A stretch of DNA of 64,000 bases from Geopsychrobacteraceae bacterium (GTDB lineage: Bacteria; Desulfobacterota; Desulfuromonadia; Desulfuromonadales; Geopsychrobacteraceae), in assembly GCA_963662315.1 (NCBI GenBank), contig OY759353.1, forward strand, positions 4,480,001 through 4,544,000. The letters run 5' to 3'. A model generated the notes under the pieces. The model did not search any database. It was given only the letters and a program-made list of their open reading frames with translations, and was not told the DNA's origin. Both the position numbers and the translations under genes were made by a program. The first letter of the stretch is position 1. Each line of letters starts with the position of its first letter. Below are positions 8,977-19,149 of the stretch, piece after piece.

Positions 8977-10551
8977 TCAGATCTCAATATTTTTTTCGGG
9001 CAGAAATATTTCAAAGCAGCTGCCTTGCATCGTGGTATCAATGATTTTAAGGTGCCCTTCGTATTCGGTAATAATTTTCCGGCACAGATACAGTCCCAAC
9101 CCGGTTCCGGTTCCATCTTTACGTGAGGTAAAGAAGGGCTCGAAAACCTGTTCACGCAGCTTTTCGGGAATGCCGGGACCATTGTCACAAAAACGGACAT
9201 AAATGCCTTCACCCTTAACGTAGTCAGTGGAAATTCTTATGGCGCCACCATGGCCCATGGCCTGAATTGCATTGAGAATCAGGTTGATAAAAATCTGCTT
9301 GAACTTGTTATTGTCGATGTTTGCCAGTGGTAGAGGTGTAATTTCGTGACTGGCTTCTGTCTGGGTTTTGTTGATTTCATAGCGCAGCAGTTTGAGAATG
9401 TTGGCTATGGTGTCGTTCAGGTTGGTCAGTTTTTTACGACCTTCCTGAGAACCGGAATATGACAGCAGCTCTGAGGTCAGGCTCATCAGGCGTTCGACTT
9501 CGGTATCAATTCTTTCAAGCAGCTCCTGCTGGTCGACATTATAACCATCTTCGGCAAGCAGCAGCTCACAGGCATAGCTGATGACCGAAAGGGGATTGTT
9601 GATCTCGTGTGCAATGCCGGCACTCATGCGGCCGACTTCAGCAAGTTTCTCCGACTGTATGGTTTGGGCCAGCAATTGTTCAAATTCGGTAATATCCTCA
9701 ACAACGACGACGGCGCCAATGGTTTTTCCTGCTTCTTTGAGCGGTGCCAAAAAGCGCTTCTGGAGACGGTTTTCTCCTGTTTGCCCACGGTGAAGCAGGC
9801 GTAGTTTCTGGGCTTCGCCACCTTTAAGAACGATTCTCAGCCGCTCCGCAATTCCTTCTTCCTCCAGAGTCGGGAATAAGTCTGGGAGAGACCTGCCAAT
9901 GGCGTCTGTTGCTGGAATACGACTGATGTTCGCCATGCTTTCGTTCCATGATGTAATCCGCATATCGCGGTCGATGGTATAGACCCCAATGCTGATACTG
10001 GAGAGTATCTGGCGATTCAGATTGTGCAGAGTTTCATTTTTGCGATTGGCCGTACCTAATTCGCGGTACAAGCGGGCGTTGTCTATGGCAATGGCCGCTT
10101 GGCCTGCCAGAATTGACAAGGCATCACTATCATTGGCATTGAACGCTTCCTCAAGAGGGCTTTCAACGTTGAAGACACCGATGACGCGATCGCGGGCGAT
10201 AAGGGGCACCGCAAGTTCTGACCCGGCCGCTTCAATCCCCGGAATGTAGTCAAGATCCTGATGGACGTTCTGGATCAGGTACGGACGGCCATATTTGGCG
10301 GCCTTACCCATAATCCCTTCTCCAAGAGGGATCGGTTTTTCAACCGCGGTCTGATTGTAACCGAATGATGCAACCGCTTCGAGCTGCTGGCTGTCTTCGT
10401 TCAGCAAGCGGATGATGGCATTTTCAAAGTGAAAAACTTCGCGGGAAATATCAAGAATTCTGGACAGCAGGTGATCGACATCGGTGATCGCGGCCAATTC
10501 TTTGCCGACATCCAGCAGGGCCCGGAATAATTTTTGGTTCTGATCAGTCAT
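8977..10551 (-). CDS. Cytoplasmic GAF-PAS histidine kinase (GnfK-like)
   Basis: GAF (GEGIMG..SELAVPL..IGVFNVES), PAS (ITSWNESM), H-box AGIAHEINNPL, N-box NLILNAIQAM, DNGPGI, GTGLGL; adjacent to glnK-amtB as gnfK is in Geobacter. Confidence 0.9.
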   Translation of the reverse strand: MTDQNQKLFRALLDVGKELAAITDVDHLLSRILDISREVFHFENAIIRLLNEDSQQLEAVASFGYNQTAVEKPIPLGEGIMGKAAKYGRPYLIQNVHQDLDYIPGIEAAGSELAVPLIARDRVIGVFNVESPLEEAFNANDSDALSILAGQAAIAIDNARLYRELGTANRKNETLHNLNRQILSSISIGVYTIDRDMRITSWNESMANISRIPATDAIGRSLPDLFPTLEEEGIAERLRIVLKGGEAQKLRLLHRGQTGENRLQKRFLAPLKEAGKTIGAVVVVEDITEFEQLLAQTIQSEKLAEVGRMSAGIAHEINNPLSVISYACELLLAEDGYNVDQQELLERIDTEVERLMSLTSELLSYSGSQEGRKKLTNLNDTIANILKLLRYEINKTQTEASHEITPLPLANIDNNKFKQIFINLILNAIQAMGHGGAIRISTDYVKGEGIYVRFCDNGPGIPEKLREQVFEPFFTSRKDGTGTGLGLYLCRKIITEYEGHLKIIDTTMQGSCFEIFLPEKNIEI

Positions 10552-10617
10552 TGTTCAGTAACTCATTTCATTGCTTCAGCAAAACATCACGAAACTCTAG
10601 GAATGAGCTACTATTTA

Positions 10618-10633
10618 AGCATGGACAATGCCA
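10618..10633 (-). promoter_or_regulatory. Sigma54 promoter of the kinase
   Basis: TGGCATTGTCCATGCT. Confidence 0.75.
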
Positions 10634-10669
10634 AAACTGATTAATCTGAATAAAACCTCTGTTTTTCAT

Positions 10670-10685
10670 TGGCGTGGTTTCTGCA
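10670..10685 (+). promoter_or_regulatory. Sigma54 promoter of glucosylglycerate phosphorylase (divergent)
   Basis: TGGCGTGGTTTCTGCA, 61 bp before the ATG. Confidence 0.65.
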
Positions 10686-10746
10686 CGACAAATTCATATA
10701 AATTTTGTCATAATTCTATAGCCCAGTAGATAAAGAGGTTTTAATT

Positions 10747-12501
10747 ATGCTTCTGGTGCCATCCAAAACCAAGAACGAGGCCTTTAATATTCTGCAGTCC
10801 CGGCTGGAAAAGATCTATTCTGCTGAGATCGCTGCTGACCTGACCAAACGACTGGTAGCTGAAATTAGGCGACTGGGCAATGAGTCTGAAACGTCCGATA
10901 TAGAGCGGCTGTGGAATCAGGAAGATGTGCTGCTGATTACTTACGGGGACTCAATTCGCCGGGAGCAACAGCTGCCACTCCGGACATTGTGCCAATTTCT
11001 TAGGCAACGGCTGCACGGATTTGTCAATATTGTGCACATTCTGCCATTTTTCCCCTACAGTTCTGACGATGGCTTTGCCGTCACTGATTACGATCGGGTC
11101 AACCCCTTATTGGGGGACTGGGACGATGTCGCGTCGATCCATGAAACGTTTGATCTGATGTTTGACCTGGTGATCAACCATGTCTCCAGCCAGCATGCCT
11201 GGTTCGGTCAATTTATCCGTGGAGAACAGCCCGGCGCTGATTATTTTATTACACCACCAGCGGATGCCGAGTTAAGCAAGGTTGTCAGACCCCGGGAATC
11301 TCCTTTGTTGACCCCTGTTGCAACGGCCGCGGGGGCAAAGAATGTCTGGACGACCTTCAGCGCCGATCAGGTCGATGTTGATTTCAGCAATCCCGATGTC
11401 TTTTTTGCATATGTGCGGATCTTGATGAACTATCTGAAACATGGGGCGCGCCTGATCCGCCTCGATGCCATTGCTTTCTTATGGAAAGAGTATGGCACCA
11501 GTTGTATGAGTCTGCCGCAAACCCATGAGGCAGTGCGCGTGTTGCGCAACCTTATGGGAATCGCATTCCCTAAAAGTATTCTGCTGACCGAAACGAACGT
11601 TCCTCATCAACAGAATGTCAGTTACTTTGGTGACAGTGACGAAGCGCATATGGTTTACCAGTTCAGCCTGGCACCGTTGTTGCTGCACAGCCTGTATCGT
11701 GGCAATGCCAGTTATCTGAACGATTGGGCGCGCAGCTGTTGCTCCACTCCGCCTGGTTGTACTTTCCTGAATTTTACCGCGTCCCATGATGGTATTGGTA
11801 TGCGCCCCCTGGAAGGATTGATGCCGCAGGGGGAGATTGACCTGTTGCTTAACGGGATGGAAAAATTTGGCGGGTTGATCAGTTATCGAACCAATAATGA
11901 TGGTAGCAAAAGTGCCTATGAGATAAATATCACCTATTTTGATGCTCTGAAAGGGACCTGGATTGGGGAGGACAGTTGGCAGATCGCCAGGTTTTTGCTG
12001 GCCCAGACCTTGATGCTGGGCTTACGTGGCGTCCCGGCTTTTTACATTCACAGCCTGCTGGCAACGCCCAACGATTATGCCGGGGTCGAAAAGGGCGGTC
12101 GGGCGCGTCTGATCAATCGCCATCGCTGGGACCTTGAGGTGCTTGAACCGTTGCTGGGGGATTTTGAATCACCCCAGGCGATTGTCTTTAATGAATTGCG
12201 GCGGCGGATAAAAATCCGCACCCAGCAAAAGGCCTTTCATCCTGATGGGCGCCAACAGATTATCCATCTGGGCGATCAGATCTGTGGCTTCTGGCGCACC
12301 AGCCTTGACGGCCTGGAAAAGGTTTTGTGCGTCCACAACATGACTGACAAGTTGCTCCCGCTGTACCTGGAAGGACCATTGGAAGAGAGCCTGTCTGGTC
12401 ACTGGCTGGGGTTGCTCACCGGTGAAGAGGTGAACGGCCTGCAGTCTCTCGTGCAACTGCCGCCCTACCAGGTGCTGTGGCTGAAAAAGGTGGGGGAATG
12501 A
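10747..12501 (+). CDS. GH13_18 glucosylglycerate phosphorylase (YcjM-like)
   Basis: LITYGD, HILPFFPYSSDDGF, RLDAIAFLWK, TETNVPH, ASHDGIG and YEINITY; TETN and YEIN are GGaP-type, not sucrose-phosphorylase-type. Confidence 0.85.
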   Translation: MLLVPSKTKNEAFNILQSRLEKIYSAEIAADLTKRLVAEIRRLGNESETSDIERLWNQEDVLLITYGDSIRREQQLPLRTLCQFLRQRLHGFVNIVHILPFFPYSSDDGFAVTDYDRVNPLLGDWDDVASIHETFDLMFDLVINHVSSQHAWFGQFIRGEQPGADYFITPPADAELSKVVRPRESPLLTPVATAAGAKNVWTTFSADQVDVDFSNPDVFFAYVRILMNYLKHGARLIRLDAIAFLWKEYGTSCMSLPQTHEAVRVLRNLMGIAFPKSILLTETNVPHQQNVSYFGDSDEAHMVYQFSLAPLLLHSLYRGNASYLNDWARSCCSTPPGCTFLNFTASHDGIGMRPLEGLMPQGEIDLLLNGMEKFGGLISYRTNNDGSKSAYEINITYFDALKGTWIGEDSWQIARFLLAQTLMLGLRGVPAFYIHSLLATPNDYAGVEKGGRARLINRHRWDLEVLEPLLGDFESPQAIVFNELRRRIKIRTQQKAFHPDGRQQIIHLGDQICGFWRTSLDGLEKVLCVHNMTDKLLPLYLEGPLEESLSGHWLGLLTGEEVNGLQSLVQLPPYQVLWLKKVGE

Positions 12502-12601
12502 ATTCAAAATTCAGGTGTTCGGAAACAGATCTCTCGGTGAATCTCGTCTCTTTACGGTGCAATAGGTTTAGTAGTTCAATCTGAAATTTCAAATATGAAA
12601 T

Positions 12602-13922
12602 CACTACTGTCCGGTTAAAAAGTCGGATAGTGCTGTAAGTTACTGATAATAATTGTTCTTTGACATAACTGTTCCGTTTTCGATTTGAATTCGCCCCATG
12701 AATATGGGGAGATACCATCCATTATCGCAGGAGGTATCGATGAATTCAGGCCAAACCGTTTTCAGGCAACTGCTGCAGTTTCTGCCACGTCACGATTTCA
12801 ATTTGTGCGTTCACCGTTATCGGGGCGATTACAGAGCCAGAAAGTTTTCGACATTCGATCAATTTCTGTGCCTCGCTTATGCCCAAATGGCCAGCCGTGA
12901 AAGCTTGCGAGATATCGAAACCTGCTTGAACTCTCACCGAGAGAAGCTTTACCACATCGGCTTTCGCGGTTCCGTGTCCCGCTCAACTCTGGCAGATGCC
13001 AGTGAGCGCAGGGACTGGCGCATCTTTCAGGACTTCGGCCATATTCTAATACACATGGCGCAGCAACTTTACTGTGACGAACCATTTGCCCTTGAACTTG
13101 GCCAGCCACTGTATGCTTTTGATTCAACGACCATTGATCTGTGCCTGTCTCTATTCCCATGGGCAGAATACAAAACGACGAAGTCCGCGGTTAAAATGCA
13201 TACTCTGCTTGATCTGCGAGGAACCATTCCGACCTATGTCGCCGTCACAACAGGCAAAGTACATGATGTCCGAATGTTGGATTCTCTGCCGGTAACAGAG
13301 AATGCCATTTACACCATGGACAAGGCCTATACCGACTTCTCGCGACTCTATGCGCTGCATCAACAAGGAGGTTTCTTCGTCATCAGGGCAAAAGACAATT
13401 TGCGTTACAGGCGACTTTATTCCGCAGACAAAGACAAGTCAGCCGGAATCAAAGCTGACCAGACGATTGTCCTAGTCACTCCCAAATCGAAAAAGGACTA
13501 TCCGGAAAAGTTCCGCCGGGTCAGTTATGTTGACAAAGATCGAAATAAACACCTGGTCTTTTTGACCAACAATTTTACGATTTCAGCAGCTACAGTTGCC
13601 GAAGTCTATAAGCAGCGCTGGCAGGTAGAGCTGTTTTTCAAATGGGTTAAGCAGCACCTGCGGATCAAATCGTTTTACGGGACATCGATCAACGGCGTAA
13701 AGAGCCAGATATGGGTAGCGCTGTGCATTTACCTTCTGGTTGTTATTGCGAAGAAAAAGCTCAAAATCCCGTGTGAGCTCTACACTTTTTTACAGATCCT
13801 GGAGGTCAATTTGTTTGAGAAAAAGCCCATTTCTTCACTGGTTGCTGATGCTCTCAAGCAAATTCAAGATCTCCCTGATAGTAACCAGCTGGATTTATTC
13901 AGCTATTAACCGGACAGCAGTG
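12602..13922 (+). mobile_element. Complete IS4-family insertion sequence
   Basis: 17-bp TIRs CACTACTGTCCGGTTAA / TTAACCGGACAGCAGTG (1 mismatch); 9-bp target duplication ATATGAAAT at 12593-12601 and 13923-13931. Confidence 0.95.
12740..13909 (+). CDS. IS4-family DDE transposase (DUF4372 + DDE)
   Basis: AGGAGG SD, MNSGQTVF, FDSTTIDL, VKMHTLLD, MDKAY and YKQRWQVELFFKWVKQHL (YREK-like). Confidence 0.95.
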   Translation: MNSGQTVFRQLLQFLPRHDFNLCVHRYRGDYRARKFSTFDQFLCLAYAQMASRESLRDIETCLNSHREKLYHIGFRGSVSRSTLADASERRDWRIFQDFGHILIHMAQQLYCDEPFALELGQPLYAFDSTTIDLCLSLFPWAEYKTTKSAVKMHTLLDLRGTIPTYVAVTTGKVHDVRMLDSLPVTENAIYTMDKAYTDFSRLYALHQQGGFFVIRAKDNLRYRRLYSADKDKSAGIKADQTIVLVTPKSKKDYPEKFRRVSYVDKDRNKHLVFLTNNFTISAATVAEVYKQRWQVELFFKWVKQHLRIKSFYGTSINGVKSQIWVALCIYLLVVIAKKKLKIPCELYTFLQILEVNLFEKKPISSLVADALKQIQDLPDSNQLDLFSY

Positions 13923-13961
13923 ATATGAAATATAAAATCGCGAGGGCATCTGCCCTCGTGA

Positions 13962-14687
13962 TCAGCTATGCCGATGGGGCACTTCCCCATGAATGTGCGC
14001 GTGGGTATGCTGGTGAATTGAGACCGGTTGGTCTGTTAGAATCCTGCCCTTTTCAAGGGCGTAAATCTTGCGGGTGGCGCGGGTTAAAAACTCGAAATCG
14101 TGGGAAATGACAACGTAGGTGATATCCAGATTCAGTAAAATCTGCAGCAGATTTTCGCGGGTTTTTTCATCAAGACCGTTGGTGGGTTCATCAAGCAGCA
14201 GAATGTCCGGCTTCATAGCCAAGAGGGTCGCCAGTGAGACCAGTTTTTTCTCTCCTCCGGATAATCTGTGGGTCAGGCGTTGCTCAAACCCCTGCAGTCC
14301 CAACAGATTCAGCGTTTCCATTGCGGTTGCTTTGGCTTGTTCAGGTGAAAGCCCCAGATTCAGCGGCCCAAAAGCAACATCCTCAATAACCGTGGGGCAG
14401 AACAGTTGATCGTCTGCGTCCTGAAACAGCAGCCCGATCTTTTTGCGCACCCGAAGATAGTCCTTCTTGTCCCTAAGTGGGCGACCAAACGCTTCAACGT
14501 GACCTGCTTCGGGTTTCAGTAAGCCGACGGCCAGATGGAACAGGGTCGTTTTGCCGATGCCATTGGAGCCGGTCAGCCCGATACGATCCCCCGCGAATAA
14601 CTCGAAATCCAGATGTTTCAGAACCGTATGGTTCCCGGCGTAGGAAAAGGCGATATCGGAAAATTTTAAAACAGGTGTGTTTGCCAT
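13962..14687 (-). CDS. nikO: ECF transporter ATPase with His-rich C-terminal tail
   Basis: GSNGIGKTT, LFQDADDQLF, LSGGEKK, LLDEPT; tail HQHTHAHIHGEVPHRHS; start MANTP. Confidence 0.85.
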   Translation of the reverse strand: MANTPVLKFSDIAFSYAGNHTVLKHLDFELFAGDRIGLTGSNGIGKTTLFHLAVGLLKPEAGHVEAFGRPLRDKKDYLRVRKKIGLLFQDADDQLFCPTVIEDVAFGPLNLGLSPEQAKATAMETLNLLGLQGFEQRLTHRLSGGEKKLVSLATLLAMKPDILLLDEPTNGLDEKTRENLLQILLNLDITYVVISHDFEFLTRATRKIYALEKGRILTDQPVSIHQHTHAHIHGEVPHRHS

Positions 14688-15427
14688 GGGAGTACAACCA
14701 GACCGAGAATGATGAAAACAAAAAGAACGAGCCAGCCATAATCCCGGCGGCGGAAGGAACTTGTTTCCAGACAGAGAAAGCGTCCCTGAAAACCCCGGCA
14801 CAACATCGCTTTGTGAACTTGGTCCGCGCGCAGGTATGAACGCACAAACAGCATACCGACCAGGTATGCATAGGTCCGATACGTGTGCAGATTGGTTCCG
14901 GCCTGAAAACAGCGCAGCTGGACAGCTTTTTCCAGACGGCGGTATTCCTGTTCAATGACAAAGATGTAACGATAGCAGAACAGCAGCAGGTAGACCAGCT
15001 TTTCCGGGAGATACAGTTGCTGCAATCCTTGTCCCAGGGCTGTTACCGTTGTACTGACGGCCAGGGCCATAAAAATAAGCATAATCGCAAGGGATTTCAG
15101 GACAACTTGGCCGACCAGCAGGAGTCCCTGCTGAGTCAGTGTCAGCGGGCCATAGGTCCAGATGGCTGTTCCATTGATGGTAAAAGGAAGAACCAGGCCT
15201 AAAAAGAGCAGAAAACCGCAGGCCGGCAGCAGCCGTTTCAACATTTCTATGGTCGGCAGATGCGTCAGGCGGATCAGGGCCAGGGCGCTCAGCAGGCCAA
15301 ATACAAGTGCTGCCCAACTGTTTGTCAGGGCGACCGTAAAAGAAAACACGACCGCAAAGATAATTTTGACGCGGATATTAATCCGCGCAAAGGGGGATTC
15401 CAATATGATGAGCGGTTCAAGAAGCAT
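14666..15427 (-). CDS. nikQ: ECF transmembrane (T) component
   Basis: Hydrophobic protein; YRYIFVI..E..RL..A..LR and AMLCRGF motifs. Confidence 0.85.
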   Translation of the reverse strand: MLLEPLIILESPFARINIRVKIIFAVVFSFTVALTNSWAALVFGLLSALALIRLTHLPTIEMLKRLLPACGFLLFLGLVLPFTINGTAIWTYGPLTLTQQGLLLVGQVVLKSLAIMLIFMALAVSTTVTALGQGLQQLYLPEKLVYLLLFCYRYIFVIEQEYRRLEKAVQLRCFQAGTNLHTYRTYAYLVGMLFVRSYLRADQVHKAMLCRGFQGRFLCLETSSFRRRDYGWLVLFVFIILGLVVLPWQTHLF

Positions 15428-15507
15428 AATTCATGGCACGCCACGTGCTGCTGTTTGTACGTTATGTCGAAATGATTAAAAAACTTGCTCAAAAAATCCT
15501 GGTCCCC

Positions 15508-16128
15508 TCAAGGACGTTGTTTCCGAGACTGAACCCAGGCGGCAACGCCGATCAAACCGGCAATGTAGCCTAATCCGGCAATGATGTCATGCAATGAAGG
15601 CCCGGTCTGGTTCATTTCCGCCAGCAGATGGCTGATCGGTTTGAGTTTGCGATCGAGCACTTTTTCGATGGTTGCTTCCAACAGAGCAGAATTCTGCACA
15701 CTGCTCTGTGATTGAACAGATGCTTGCGCAGCTTTGGTGACGGCGGGTTGCGGGAGATTCTGTTCCGGCTGGTCACTCAGTTCACTTAAGGGGATGGTCC
15801 ATTCAGCACGATGCCCCATGGCCGCATCGAGGACGACTTTTAATGCACTTTTTGCCGGTATAGGAAAGGAAAATTCTCCGTTGTCATCCGTCTGGCCGCT
15901 TAGCAGTTCAGTACCCGTACTGTCATAAACGCTGATTTTACCTCTGTTGACCTTGGTCCCGGCGCCAAACTTACTCTGGGTAAAAACTTGGCCATCCTCA
16001 ACCCAGGCAAAAACCGTGACCCGGTGGGCATAAGCTGGTGTTGATATAAAAGGCGTTACATTGGCAGCAAGGCACAGCATAAACATGACAAAGGTTTTGC
16101 GTAGAGCATGATTCATGGCATTTTCCAA
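15508..16128 (-). CDS. nikL: Auxiliary Ni/Co transporter component (NikL-like)
   Basis: Signal peptide AYAHRVTVFAW, GQTDDNGEFSF, MGH, C-terminal TM DIIAGLGYIAGL. Confidence 0.7.
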   Translation of the reverse strand: MENAMNHALRKTFVMFMLCLAANVTPFISTPAYAHRVTVFAWVEDGQVFTQSKFGAGTKVNRGKISVYDSTGTELLSGQTDDNGEFSFPIPAKSALKVVLDAAMGHRAEWTIPLSELSDQPEQNLPQPAVTKAAQASVQSQSSVQNSALLEATIEKVLDRKLKPISHLLAEMNQTGPSLHDIIAGLGYIAGLIGVAAWVQSRKQRP

Positions 16129-16739
16129 TCTGTTCCCTGTTTCACTGGGGGGAGTATTTCCGGAAGGACTTTGTGCAGGAATCCGACGCAGAATGCGCTG
16201 ATAATTCCTTCAATCACCATGACGGGTAAATGTGCGGATGCCAGCATTATCGCCGCTTCTGAAAAATCGTTATTGGCAGAAATCAGAGCAACTGCCGCCA
16301 GGAGGGCGGCTAGAAGTACGGCAACAAAGCCGGTCGCAAAGGCGGCTGGTAATATCAGCTTCGGTTTAAAGCGCACTGTCGTTGTATAGATATAATATCC
16401 GACAACCGCAGGTGCAGCCATGATGACCGTATTGACCCCGAGGGTCGTAATGCCTCCGTACTGAAACAGTACGGCCTGGAGCAGCAGGGCGACCAGAATG
16501 ACCGGAAAGGCGCTCCATCCCAGCAACAGGCCAACCAGTCCATTGAGGATCAAGTGGACATTGGACGGACCGATGGGGACATGGATCAAAGACGCGACAA
16601 AAAAAGCGGCTGCGAACAGGCCGGCTTGGCCAATGCGATCAAAATCCAGTTTTTTAAGGCCGATAGCGGTACCGACGGTGGCAAGGGCAGCGCCACTGAA
16701 AATGACTGGGCCAGACAAAACGCCTTCTGAAATATGCAT
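16113..16739 (-). CDS. nikM: ECF S-component NikM/CbiM
   Basis: N-terminus MHISEGVL, ASLIHVP, HLILNGL, QYGGITTLGVN. Confidence 0.9.
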   Translation of the reverse strand: MHISEGVLSGPVIFSGAALATVGTAIGLKKLDFDRIGQAGLFAAAFFVASLIHVPIGPSNVHLILNGLVGLLLGWSAFPVILVALLLQAVLFQYGGITTLGVNTVIMAAPAVVGYYIYTTTVRFKPKLILPAAFATGFVAVLLAALLAAVALISANNDFSEAAIMLASAHLPVMVIEGIISAFCVGFLHKVLPEILPPVKQGTDWKMP

Positions 16740-16823
16740 GACTGAATTCTCTATTAGAATAAGATGGTAAGCGAACATGTCAGCCCGGTCGGCAGGACGT
16801 TAGCTTACCTGTGGCTGTTGGAG

Positions 16824-17603
16824 TTATTTACCGGCCCATTCAAAAAATTCAAGCCACAGAACCGCACCGAGTTCAACGTCTTTTTCTTCTCCTTCATGGG
16901 CAATTCTTTCAGCCGCCGTATTCAGGGCGGCAAAGCCCCACCATCCGGCTGCCGGAGGGGTGTAGGTGAAGACCCCGTTTGCATCGGCTTTAACGACCTG
17001 AGTGATGAAATAGTCGCTTGGCGCCTGTACGGTTTTATCGCGGTTATAAAATTCAACCTCAACTTCGGCAAAAGGAACCACTTTGCCGTCTAATTTAACG
17101 ATCCCCTGAAAGCTGTTGCCGGCATACAGACCGAAGGGGCGAGTGAGGGGGACAATTTCCGTTTTCAGCCCGAGTTCCTGGTCCCACCCTTCTTCGTCAC
17201 CAAAGGCGGCGACTATGGTTTTGGTGTAATGGATGATGAAACAGTCTTCTGCTGGTTCCCAATAGGGTTGTGGTTCCATGTAAAACTGGTAAACCCCCGG
17301 TCTTTTTACCGGGTAATCGATAGCCCAGGCCTGTTCTCCCATGATTTGAGCCTGCCTAAGCTGGGGGAGCAGGTCGAAGGTCTTTTCCTGCGTATGCACG
17401 CTGAGCACGGCCGGTTTGACCAGGGGCATGCCGATTGTCTCAAAAGGGTGAGAAAATGATGCCTCAATGTGGATCGTTCTTTTGTCGCCCTGCATAACCA
17501 TGGAATCGGATGGGATCAGCATGCCGAAGTGGGCCAGGGCGGGGGTGGTTAGTGCGAGGGAAAAGGACAGTCCCAGCAGAATTAAAGATATACGTTGTTT
17601 CAT
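16824..17603 (-). CDS. nikK: Periplasmic DUF4198/NikK-like protein
   Basis: Signal peptide [43 protein letters not shown]. Confidence 0.8.
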   Translation of the reverse strand: MKQRISLILLGLSFSLALTTPALAHFGMLIPSDSMVMQGDKRTIHIEASFSHPFETIGMPLVKPAVLSVHTQEKTFDLLPQLRQAQIMGEQAWAIDYPVKRPGVYQFYMEPQPYWEPAEDCFIIHYTKTIVAAFGDEEGWDQELGLKTEIVPLTRPFGLYAGNSFQGIVKLDGKVVPFAEVEVEFYNRDKTVQAPSDYFITQVVKADANGVFTYTPPAAGWWGFAALNTAAERIAHEGEEKDVELGAVLWLEFFEWAGK

Positions 17604-17651
17604 CGCCTTCCTCCGTTACTTGATTGTATTGTCAATTCAGTGGATGAGACC

Positions 17652-17678
17652 GTAGCACGAAAATAAAAATCGTAACAG
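17652..17678. promoter_or_regulatory. NikR-type operator
   Basis: GTAGCAC-N13-GTAACAG (minus strand CTGTTAC-N13-GTGCTAC), ~50 bp upstream of nikK. Confidence 0.65.
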
Positions 17679-17724
17679 GGGAAAGTTGATTTAATGATTT
17701 TATTGCAACAGGCAAAGGCCAATT

Positions 17725-17801
17725 CGCGGGGACGCGCCCCCCGCCCGGCGCCCAACTTTTTGTCACAATCACGCCACAAAAAGTAGGCAAAAAGGGCGCT
17801 C
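17725..17801. repeat. REP-like dispersed repeat remnant
   Basis: GCGGGG..CCCCGC hairpin then CTTTTTGT-N12-ACAAAAAG-TAGG-CAAAAAG, a CTTT..AAAG-TAnn-CAAA repeat-family pattern. Confidence 0.45.
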
Positions 17802-17937
17802 TTAAAAATCTCCGGGTCGAGTGTCGCTCCGTTGTCACAACCGCCGGCAACTTAGTAGCCGGCCTGACGGCTCAAGGCGCGCCTGATGGCCAGAAACCGG
17901 CGACCTTGTTTTAAAATTTCGAAATTTTCAGATAGAC

Positions 17938-19149
17938 CTATTTATTATCCTCCTCCACCGCCTCATAAATATGATCCAGGATATCCGGAATGGCACTGAT
18001 AACCCGGTTCCAGCTTGGCATGAAGGGGGTTTCCATCGGGTTGTTGATAAACACATCACCGGCCCGGACAATATTTTCGGCAAACAATTCCACCGCTTTT
18101 TCTTCCTTGTGGCGGTCAATTTTCAGGCCGTTGATGATGGCGTCATCATAAAAACGCTGCACGAAATCGAGGGCGGTGCGGTAGTAGGTAGCTTTTAAGC
18201 TGCGGAAGGTTTCCATGGAGAGCACCTCCCCCTGGGTCGCCAGCTTGCGAATGATGGCTTTGGTGATATCGGTGCTCATGCGCGATAGGCCGCCATTCGG
18301 GTCATCTTCGGACAGGTTCTGGTGTTTGTGATCATAGATATCGGCAATGTCAACCTGGCAGATTCTGCTGGTGGCGTAGTTCCGATACATCTCTGAAATA
18401 ACACCGATTTCCAGTCCCCAGTCACTCGGAATACGCAGGTCATTGAGGACATCGACACGCATGGAAAACTCACCGGCCAGGGCGTAGCGGAAGCTGTTGA
18501 GATAATCGAGATACTCGGAATGGCCAACGATTTTTTGTAACGAGCGAATCAATGGTGTAACCAGCAGGCGACAAACCCGGCCATTGAGACTGCCACTGGC
18601 GATGCGGGAGTAGTAGCCCTTGCAGAACTGATAGTTAAAATTGGGGTTGGCAACCGGATAGATCAGGCGGGCGAGCATGTCCCGTTTGTAGGTCACAATG
18701 TCGCAATCGTGTAATGCAACAGCGCGACTGCGCCCGGATGCGAGAACGTAGCCAAAGCAGTACCAGACGTTGCGGCCTTTGCCCATTTCCTTGGGGGCCA
18801 GTCCCTGGTCGGCGAGCATTTTATCGATACTGCGCAAGCGCGGTCCGTCATTCCACAGAATGCGGTGCTCTTGAGGCAGCCGGGAGAAGTAGTCTTTGGC
18901 ATAATGAAACTGTGCTTCATCGGCACGGTCGAGGCCGATGACAATTTCACGCAGGTATGAAGCATTTTTAAGATCGTCAAGGATCGGTCCCAGTGCCGGT
19001 CCTTCGAGTTCTGAAAACAGGGAGGGGAGGACCAGACTCATAGGGCTGCGGGTTGAAAATCTGTCCAGGTCTTTTTCAAGTTCCTCAAGAGGTCGGTCAG
19101 TGAGATTATGCAGGGTCGTAATGATCCCGTTCTGAAAAAAATCAGCCAT
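17938..19149 (-). CDS. gpgS: Glucosyl-3-phosphoglycerate synthase (cyanobacterial/Persephonella type)
   Basis: MADFFQNGIITTLH, LPSLFSELEG, GKGRNVW, LHDCDI, FCKGYY, YALAGEF, DWGLEIG, YDHKHQ. Confidence 0.85.
   Translation of the reverse strand: MADFFQNGIITTLHNLTDRPLEELEKDLDRFSTRSPMSLVLPSLFSELEGPALGPILDDLKNASYLREIVIGLDRADEAQFHYAKDYFSRLPQEHRILWNDGPRLRSIDKMLADQGLAPKEMGKGRNVWYCFGYVLASGRSRAVALHDCDIVTYKRDMLARLIYPVANPNFNYQFCKGYYSRIASGSLNGRVCRLLVTPLIRSLQKIVGHSEYLDYLNSFRYALAGEFSMRVDVLNDLRIPSDWGLEIGVISEMYRNYATSRICQVDIADIYDHKHQNLSEDDPNGGLSRMSTDITKAIIRKLATQGEVLSMETFRSLKATYYRTALDFVQRFYDDAIINGLKIDRHKEEKAVELFAENIVRAGDVFINNPMETPFMPSWNRVISAIPDILDHIYEAVEEDNK

Noticed and set aside
10747..12501. Sucrose phosphorylase call
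   Set aside because: TETN and YEIN motifs plus nearby gpgS/gpgP fit glucosylglycerate phosphorylase better.
13962..17603. cbiMNQO cobalt transporter call
   Set aside because: No cbiN and no B12 riboswitch; NikK/NikL partners and a NikR-like site are present.
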